From a virus (Duplodnaviria; Caudoviricetes): DNA of 64,000 bases. Under the pieces are notes generated by a model. It was not told the DNA's origin and did not search any database. It was given only the letters and a program-made list of their open reading frames with translations. The position numbers and the translations under genes are program-made. The DNA is taken from positions 128,001-192,000 of the IMG/VR virus record IMGVR_UViG_3300028804_000001; one strand, given 5' to 3'. Shown one piece after another: positions 42,801-51,100 of this stretch. The stretch's first letter is position 1; each line of letters begins with the position of its first letter.

Positions 42801-44900
42801 AAGAACTGGCCTTAGATTAAAGTCAGGTCTCGTTTGCCCTTGCTGGTCTAAGCTTAATGATTTAATACCAGGTGCAAGATTCTCTGGATAGAGAACTCCA
42901 CTCTCATTCACTTCAATCTTTAGCTTAGTAAGAACTCCAACTGTTTGTATTGTAACTCCAGCTGGGAAAGAATACGCTTCGTATTTTATAGTATCTATCT
43001 CATTATTTGGATGGGGCTCTCTGATTTTTCTGGAAGCGATACTGTTAAGCATATCTCTAAACATATGCAATGCTAGAGATTTATTTCCCATTTCCTCGAG
43101 TATGATTATATCTGGATTCTGATCATGGAGAAATTTAGCGAATAAGAATAATCTATCCTGACCTACTTCTTGATCTACCAAACCTTGTTCGTTCATCCCA
43201 GGGATACCAGTGGACTTTTCAGTGAGGACAAGGTTCTTAAGGTTGTATTGAACTATCTTTAGATTTTTTCTCTGATTATAATCTCTTTGATGTTTAACCT
43301 CAATGGAGTCATCAATTGCTACTGCAGAATAATTTGGATTATTGGGATACTTGAGTTGAATAAACTTACCGGGTATCTTCTGCGAGTTTAAGTTTATTGT
43401 TCTACTAATCTGTGGAACGGTAGCCATCGACTGGTTCTTTCTTATAGCCGAACCAATATCATATTGAATACTATCTCCAAGAGTCTTACTAAGACTTCCT
43501 ATAGCATTTAAATTATAACTAAGATCCTGGCCTACGCCAGAGTTTAAAATAAAACCATGATCGGTAGATTCTTCTGCAGAAATAGAAAACTTATCATTTA
43601 GAAAATATGGAGCTATGGATATGGCCCCATTTTTAATATCTTCTACAATAACTGCATGTGCGTGATCTGGATTAGGAACAGTTAGACCAAGAGCTTTAAG
43701 CTCACTTTCAAATTCATATACTGTCGTATTCTGTATATTAGTATGATCTAAAAGAGAATAACTTAAAAGATTATCATCTCCGGCCATATTAATTGGGCCA
43801 TCATAGTCTGCTAGATCCTGGAGCCCAAACATCCTGGTGATCTTATCTATCAGTTCGTTATCACCTTTATAGGCATACTCAAGAGCTTTCTGATTTACTA
43901 ACTGAGTCTTTACTCCATCTTCATGTTTAACATACAGAGGCCGTGTTCCATATGCTGCTACTGTTGAGATAGCCCGCACAACAAAGATTACTTCAAATGC
44001 ACTCTTCTTATCTCGAATACTTTGTATTGAGAAGTCAATAAGCTGAATATAGAATGGGACTTCCCAGTATGCTTTATTGAGAAGGAATTCTTTAAGCTGT
44101 GTAATTCTATCTACTGTTATCTCTCCAAAGTTATCATCCATGCCAAAGTATTTGGCCAGAGTTCTCATCTCCTCTCCGCCGATATTACGAAGTGCAGGAG
44201 AATCTGCAATAGGAGAATCGGCTAATTTAAATAGTTGGTCTAATTGGAGATTCTTTGGCGTTGGTAAAAAATTGCCCTGGTCATCAAGATGACCTTTATT
44301 ATACAATAAGTAGAGATCAATGTTATCATCTATTGGAGTAACAATCCTCTGTAGATCGGCGTTGTGTACTGGCAAGAAGGGAGCCAGCATGAACTGAGCC
44401 ATTAGAGGACGAATATTATTATGAATGGATAATGCGTTACATTGAAACTTAAGAGTGAATACTTTATCAATAGCCTTGTTGCGTTCAATAATGACTGCTG
44501 CAGGAGCTCCGATAGAGTCCCCCGTCATTACATTGTTCTCTGCACCTACACTAAAGCCGGTAAACTTTTCCAGGGGATCCCTGGTCATTGAGGACTGTAG
44601 TCCTATCTTATTTCTAAACTTATCTTCATCTCTCTTATTAAGATCATTAATAAGTTCTTTGGTAGGATCTACCCATTCTGCTCTATCCTGCTCGGGACGG
44701 ATGTTTACGGATATGATGCGGCTAGGAATACTAAGCCAGGTATCTCCAATCTTAATCGCAGATTGGTTCTCCTTAGTTCCAAAGGTCTTTTGGAGGATTT
44801 CATCTATGATCTCTCTATCAGTTCTTACCTGATTAAGTGCAATAGCATCAAAATCAGATGACTTGAATACAAGATCCTCTATTCTGTTAGGGACTTCCAT
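39822..44900 (-). CDS. Large tail/baseplate protein with an internal endonuclease/exonuclease/phosphatase (EEP) domain (1692 aa)
   Basis: Ordered EEP motifs: LKIVQYN(553), PDIIILEE(603), CCH(718)FKA, YIVAGD(765)FN, TID(959)HIF, FSD(1074)H(1075)YPI. Confidence 0.8.
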   Translation of the reverse strand: MEVPNRIEDLVFKSSDFDAIALNQVRTDREIIDEILQKTFGTKENQSAIKIGDTWLSIPSRIISVNIRPEQDRAEWVDPTKELINDLNKRDEDKFRNKIGLQSSMTRDPLEKFTGFSVGAENNVMTGDSIGAPAAVIIERNKAIDKVFTLKFQCNALSIHNNIRPLMAQFMLAPFLPVHNADLQRIVTPIDDNIDLYLLYNKGHLDDQGNFLPTPKNLQLDQLFKLADSPIADSPALRNIGGEEMRTLAKYFGMDDNFGEITVDRITQLKEFLLNKAYWEVPFYIQLIDFSIQSIRDKKSAFEVIFVVRAISTVAAYGTRPLYVKHEDGVKTQLVNQKALEYAYKGDNELIDKITRMFGLQDLADYDGPINMAGDDNLLSYSLLDHTNIQNTTVYEFESELKALGLTVPNPDHAHAVIVEDIKNGAISIAPYFLNDKFSISAEESTDHGFILNSGVGQDLSYNLNAIGSLSKTLGDSIQYDIGSAIRKNQSMATVPQISRTINLNSQKIPGKFIQLKYPNNPNYSAVAIDDSIEVKHQRDYNQRKNLKIVQYNLKNLVLTEKSTGIPGMNEQGLVDQEVGQDRLFLFAKFLHDQNPDIIILEEMGNKSLALHMFRDMLNSIASRKIREPHPNNEIDTIKYEAYSFPAGVTIQTVGVLTKLKIEVNESGVLYPENLAPGIKSLSLDQQGQTRPDFNLRPVLKVMLSRGNGNKLALYCCHFKAREGLSTNVTDSGFITEQVRKLESVALLKEILSLNEDIPYIVAGDFNYSYYPESSGLDELRFQGFSNFVIKKDLSTRRAAKVVFRVMDERSRTFQERGVRSLRQSLSNTTPDPNLTGLFQYAMDIITCEDPDLMRLLANADDPNSINKINFGVNLKDYFYGPGNFYSDYLKYGSDDKVEQRFQEMRRLVMFNALSPKFAPNPTNENRSGELAAYRRQYGTFYEESAAANGIESAFTTIDHIFYSYHFFKTGTKVSYSYNHLTNKIIDEYYDGFQAFIPRIEDPNNPLDIEDRWLINVRVLPLSSNDNPDAVTDQQSREQRMGKWKQAVQQDYIITNPRNFPVIPVVEQAIEFSDHYPITSTFSWNYGEEENITLSDTMFSQLFEGKDSVIGQVEAIPFPVVGLSGNGVFSNGDVLTNLTSQEANNTFRLIAFEHKFGTLTANLPCVILSITYSKLIGRYVFIVGYAKTRLFNIPGIVALAAESTDSNYISNAIKLLNQGSFLAMAKEMLRNVYIKEFNAQYTNSGSGSDSSTVDDSTPPAIMYAAGTIASYTNNGRTFGTDVFGASKVNGSIDSADKDLLQGAPVSKPKTRPGDRNTRPRPLNPNKFVDYFIYTEPQLEGLSYLQPARDITSNISECAPFRNYYTHLLHEYVDASVNKKDFFYTYHADTFEPFVRDFRPDKSFAAATDSSIQFTRKIARKYGRSIFARIGDAINTLINLGDGTDLQRAKFLGALARKVMNGVSNRVALIIASQQSLNPARTTEMIKRDLIDNVGPVGEWKNVLYAETMIYIGSRINLLRYLLDGNYEQAIQGRYNEIKNYSFTARSFTGLSEIEAKRLINLEMEVYAFKNLNLDNNQNTTITSSEQSTTTAHGLANEREKIRAFLIAEFQRLASIEERVQKYGERDIEARTLERYYSSRYNVKDPANKPNATAFRIETLLNLFNNSHDLLVSRIWDHIKANSLLDGKFVEEF

Positions 44901-45019
44901 TAACGCTTAATAGTTCTAACTGATACTTCTTCCTGGGCCATTGCTTCTAAAGTAGACTTTATCTTATCCTCTATACCTGGTTTATACTTATCTGCTGGAA
45001 TCTGGATTATAAAGCGCAT
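44900..45019 (-). CDS. Small 39-aa protein (below the ORF-track cut-off)
   Basis: MRFIIQIPADKYKPGIEDKIKSTLEAMAQEEVSVRTIKR*. GGGGA RBS-like motif upstream of the ATG at 45019. Its TAA overlaps the next ATG (TAATG), as in the rest of the operon. Confidence 0.65.
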   Translation of the reverse strand: MRFIIQIPADKYKPGIEDKIKSTLEAMAQEEVSVRTIKR

Positions 45020-45066
45020 GTTTATCCCCGGTAATTAACATCAAGACGATAGGACGCTAGTAAAGT

Positions 45067-45098
45067 AAAGAAAAAACTACCAATTAGGTAATGATAGT
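45067..45098 (-). terminator. Possible intrinsic terminator after the 2780-aa gene
   Basis: Minus strand reads ACTATCA-ttacctaat-TGGTAGT (7-bp stem with one G:U), followed by TTTTTCTTT. It lies in the only sizeable intergenic gap of the window. The stem is weak. Confidence 0.4.
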
Positions 45099-45115
45099 AA
45101 CGATTTTAGACAGGA

Positions 45116-48100
45116 TTATTGTATACGTACTCCGTAAGAGGACTTTTGTTTAAAGTTCTGATTACGGGCATGGTCCTTTTGTTGTATAAAAGTTCTATTC
45201 TGCTGCGCATACTGCATTGCTGTTGCAACATCTACAGCTCTATTTGGATCCGCGGCTTCTACCATAGGAGCTCTAGGTTTCATATTCATCTCAGATTGTT
45301 TGCGGGCTTTCTTTTCCCAATACTCGCCACCCTTACCCTGAGTTCTGTCTAGATCTGGAACAGCATAACCACTTAATAACTGGTTAATTCCCATGGCTAA
45401 GAATGTTCCAACAAGAGCACTCTTTCCCATATTTTTCATTTCCAATGCTGTCGAATGATAGGATTTATTAAGGTTTAATCCTCCTTCTGCATGGCTTATA
45501 CTATCCCAGTAATTATGAGATTCATGTTCATTACTCAGTTTAAAAAGCTCAGATACATCATCTGCTCTTTTATTTAAAAACCAGGCTGCTCCAGATATGG
45601 CAGCTCTTCTTGGAGCTCCGGCATGAGTTTCATTTATCCATTTAACATAACCATGGAGATCAAGCTCTCCATTACCGCGGAGATATTCATAACCCATTTC
45701 TGCAGATCGCTTCATTACTCTAAAGCCACGATCAGCTTCAGCTGCTCCAGTTATTCTTAACTGAAGTTCTACCATTCCTTTACTAAGATCAAAGTCTCTC
45801 ATCATACGAACATGGCCGGCTCTTAATTCCATACTGAGAGCATAATGTGCCATTAGAGTATGTGCACCTGCATTAGTAGCTCCCATCTTACTATAGTCTT
45901 CCATGTCGGAAGCCATCTGGGTTAGGATAGCTCGTGAAAGGTTTCCAGCTTTAGCAGATCTGGATAAGTTCCTATAGTATTTATCTGATCCAAATCTCTC
46001 ATAAGCAGAATGGAAAAACTTCTCGAGGGCTTCAGACTGGCTACCACCATGTTTTTCAACAACAGCATTTATTCTAGCCTGAAGATCTCCAACAGCAGGT
46101 CCTTTCATTGCTTGGATGTTTACATTCTTCATAGCTTCAAGAGTTGGAATTTCTCCATTCTGTGAAGCCATTAAAGATTTAATAGCCAGGTCACTTGATA
46201 GCATTCTCTTCTTAACAATATCTAGATAACCTGAGTATCTCATACGGCCTAGATCCTTTCCAGTTCTAGCCATTACATTCTTTTCCCAGGCCCCAAGATC
46301 TACTTCGAATGCTCTAAAGTTAGATATCTGTCTTACAGTGTTCTTAAACTTATCCAAGCTATCTGGAGTTATCTCTGAAAATGGATTAGTAGGATCTACT
46401 AATTTAACATTCTTTGCAGCTTCCTGCATCCGCTCTACAAAGCTTCTAATGATATTAGCAGAGCCGTGTTTCGATTGCATCGCCAATTGTTCTGCAGCCG
46501 GCCTTATAAATCTCTCTCTTAAAGTATCTATTACCTCAGTATTAAAAGATGATGGGATATTACTGGTCCCATATCTCTTCTTCATATCTTCTTTAAAAGC
46601 CTCTCTACTTGCAGCATGCTTAACTCCAGTAAACCAATTACGCTCAGCTACCTCTAGAGTTAGGTTTGCAAAGGTAGTATATTTATAAGGGACACCGGCA
46701 GCATCTTTAACTATTGAACTGGTCTCAGGACTTATTCTACCACGAAGATCACTAATAGGTCCAGATTCATCTCCAAGTTCCTGAAAGAAATTTTCCAATC
46801 TACTCTTCAAACCTTCAGAGGTTTTTTTGTATTTAGATGCTAGCTTCTCTCTAGCATCAGAAATAAAAGCAGCTTTGATAGCCCCATCATCAGCAGCTAT
46901 CTGTGCAAATACCCCACCGGAACCACCAGCTCCAGGATGGTGCATTGTGGCTGTAAGCTTACCAGAATTCTGAGATAAATGTAATACTATCTTTCTAGAA
47001 TCGTGATCTGCAAGACCATGGCTAATAAAAAATAGCTCATCTACATTAGCACCGGCTCTACCTTCCATCCTAGGTTTTAGGATAGATTTGGTGTATGTTT
47101 TAGTTAGATCCTCTATCTCTTGAGGAGTAGCTTTAATATTATAAAGATGAAGAGTGTCCTTAACATGGGAATCTATAACATCTTTAAGAGCAGTCATTTG
47201 GTAATATGCATTCTTTCCGATATCTGCACTCTTGCGTAGCCATCTCTGGGTAGCTACGTTATATGATCTAAACGTACTCTCATTAGAAGGCTGATAAAGA
47301 AGCCGTTCTTGTAAAAGACCGGAAGCTCTTATCTGTAATTCATTCCTGGCATGCGCAAGCTTAACTGCCTTATCTTCTATTGTTGATATATAAAGATCTC
47401 TAGAACCTCTCCCAATATGATACATTAAGTCCGAGTCCTGGTCACCATCAGCCAGAGCAATATCTATAGATGATCCAAAGATCTGACCGTTATGAAGGCT
47501 GTTATCTATTCTAAGAAATAGCTGTCTAAAGTCAGTTGGACTGTAAATAGATTGTCTAAAGGATGTAAGGGCAATATTGATATTGCCCTTCATTATACCT
47601 CTTACTCTACGAACAGATTCATCATATAATTTTGCCTTAAGAGAATTAGCACTCTCTGGATCCTGCAGAGACTTGATAAAATCTATAAGGCCCGTTTCTC
47701 TTTTAGATACAGAAGAACGTTTAAGGAACCTTAATGCATTGTGAAAATCTTTGAGCTGCTTATGATCCTTAATCCTTGTGATATCTGTTTTCTCAAGATA
47801 GTCTATGAATGTTTGAAGATGACCGAGCTCCTTTACTTCATCCCATATAGGAGATACAGTATGTACACCCTGACCTTCGGATATATTCGTTGATATTCTA
47901 ACAGCTTCATTAACAAGCTTTATCATTTTGTTAACTTTGGCAGCGTATTTATAAGCCTTTCTGCCACCATGGTCAACACCAAGCATGAAGCGAATTGCTT
48001 CTTCCTGATTCATAGTTATATAGCCGGCTGCCTGCTCAGCTGATATTGGTATAGAGCCATTTGTTCCAACCTTGGCCTGGATAGCATCTGATCGGAACAT

Positions 48101-51100
48101 AGAATATGTCCCAGGAATAAGCTGCTTATAACCTCTGTTTTCTATCTGGGTCCCTTTACCTGCCCCATGAGTCTTAATATACTCAGCTATACCATTGAGA
48201 TCATTGGCAAACCCATGAATAATATCTGTATTCAGTTTTTCTAATGCGGAGAGAGTAGCGCCGTCTCCTTTATATGCTCTCTTAGATTCTGCTATATAAT
48301 CTAGAGCAGATACCATTTGCATAAAACGCATAGCGACATCAGTTGATGAGCCTTTAGTTATTTTAGCTATTCGAGCACTTGCTATTTTCTTACCATCTAC
48401 ATTTTCCAGTGTAGCTTTTCTAACTACATCTTCAATATCGTGATGGTTAAACTCTAATGGTGCTTCTAATATATTCCTATTTCCAAGACCGCTAAGCTGA
48501 TTAACTATGGCTTCCGATCCTTCAAACCCACTTAATAAGATCTTAAGGGTTGCAGGACCTTTACCAGAATGCCTGATCACATCTTCTAAATTCTTTCGTA
48601 GTATGTTGAATTGTTCTACACCTATTTCCTTGGATGAATCGAATAGCTTAGTAGCAGCCTCAGTAATATTCATACTGGAAAGAGAATGCGGTCCTCGTAT
48701 ATTTCCTCTTGCTTCAGCTATAGTAGCATCAATAAGATCTTTAAAATCTAAGAATTTATTCTGCTGGATTTCCCCAACTATTGCAAGAGCCCTATTTGCA
48801 TCCCCACCTGCCTGAGCAACTGGATCAGTTAGAAATGGATTCCGCTTTGGATCAAACGAGCTTCTCTTTCTATCAGTTCTATAAGGATGAAGGAGCATGC
48901 TTCTAATGGCATTTCTCTTAACCTTAATATTACCCGCGGCAGATTTTATACTATCTGACATACTCTTGGCAGAGTCTAAGAATCTTAATTGAAAATCTAT
49001 TTCCTTCTCGAGCCATAACTTTCCAGAAGCCATATGCTCCTGAACCATATTAGCTGCTGCTGGATTCCTTTGCTTTAAAAGCAGAAGGTCTCTCATGTTG
49101 AAATGTACATTGCTGGGAAGAACTCCGGATCCACCACGCGGAAAGAACTTAGCAGTGGCATCAGTTCCATACATAATAGTATGAGTATGCTGTCCCTCTA
49201 TAATCTGAATAGGAGAGAACATACCGCTTAAGGCAGATACATCTCTTTTAGCTTCTACCTTTAAATCGTGAGATCCAATATCTCTTATAAGCTCTACCGC
49301 TAATTTTGGAGCACCGGCACTCTGAGAACCATAACGAAATTTATGAATTAAATCAGATACCAATTCTCCAGCTTCTACAAGTGGATGATATGTTCCTACT
49401 CTGGTATCCTTATCTATAGCTTTCTTAACTATAGTTTCAAGTTCACTATTAAGCTTTCCTGGATTATATATATCAAAATCTTTTAAAGGGTTTAGCTTAT
49501 CATCTTTCCCTATCTGCCATAAAACCGGAGCAGGCCCAATGACATCATCTATAAAACCCCCATTAGGTATTCCTCTTTTGAGATTAACTATAAAATCATA
49601 CTCTCCGGTTTTATTTACTACAACGGGAGCAGCAGTGTAAAAATTACTAGCTATACTCTTTGCTCTTTCTACTGCATCTGCCAAACCTTGATTTGATTTG
49701 AGTAAATCGACAAATGATGATGTTCCTTTCTGAACTTCGCGTAATCCTCTCAAAGCCTGTATATTATATTCATGAGCACCAGCTGCATCTTTTGATATCT
49801 GAAATGGGGTAAGAGTAGATAAGAAAGTATATTCGAGAACATACTTCTGTAGATTCAGAAGATTTGTTATTCTCTTACCATGAAAGTCTACTAACTTGAA
49901 TCTATTTAAGAACCCTTCATTCTTTAGATTTCTTAAACTCCATGCCTCTAGCCTGGGATTTCTTTTACGGAATTCTTCATATCTTTCTTTAAGAGCATTA
50001 ACTGTAGCTCGCATTGTCTGGTTATAAACATGAGTAATTACTCCCATGGTTTTATAGCCAGTTGTTCCTTTACTGGCAGTATCTGCTATAATGAACCCTC
50101 TTCTACCTCCAGATAATCCTGCAGCATTTGCAACCTTATTCAAATAAGGATCCTGCATTGCTACTTCAAACTCTCGAGTAGACATAGCAGCTTTTTCTAC
50201 CACACCATAATGCTTGGCTTGTTTGTAGTCCCCATCTGGAACAGATTTAATAGCATCAAACTCCAGAGTTCTAATAGGTGGCTCTACATCATTATCTCCA
50301 ACCGGCTGAGATCTTATGTGAGCTTTCCAGGATAGGAGAGACTGAGAGAATGAATTGAACTCCCATCCATTAGCTCCTCTTCGTGAGAATACTTCTACAC
50401 CAGCATCTAGATTGTGTTCTTTGAATGTACGACTAATATAACTTCTAGATACTTCTTTATCTGTTCTACTTGCAAGCTGCGCCTGAGCCGATTCAGTTTC
50501 GGTAATTAGTTTTTCTAGAAAGCTTCTGGCTCTATGGCCAGTTTTAATTATCTTACTCTCTCCTATTCCTTCAATAGCAAGTTCTATATCCCATTTACCA
50601 GTTTCTTTATTGATGAACTTTCTAAGATGGAACTTTCCAGAAGAGGTAGTTGTTACTACGCCAGTAATGCCATCCTCATAACCATCTTTAGCTAACACTC
50701 TCAAAGCACCGTCTTCTACAGCAGACCACTGGGCACCTCTCGAGGATACAATAGTAGCAACATTGTGTTGCACGTTTGATACAGTCTGCTGTAACCCATT
50801 TGCTATTCTTTGTCTTTGTACATCATCCAAAGATCTAAGAACGGAATTAAGCTCATCTGCTGGATCCCCAGTCAACTGGAGGAATCTTAATCTATGAGTC
50901 TTACTCCCAAAGTCGGCTTCTATTACACTTTTCTTATTATCTATTCTATATGAGGGATAGGCTATAGAACGAATACCTACATTTCTATCTCGAACGTAGT
51001 TTGCATTGGTAGATATCCTGGTATACTTTCCAATCTCATCTGGGCTTACAGTATCTATGAACTCGCCAAAGGTCTTAACAAAATCGTCAAAGCCCTTAAC

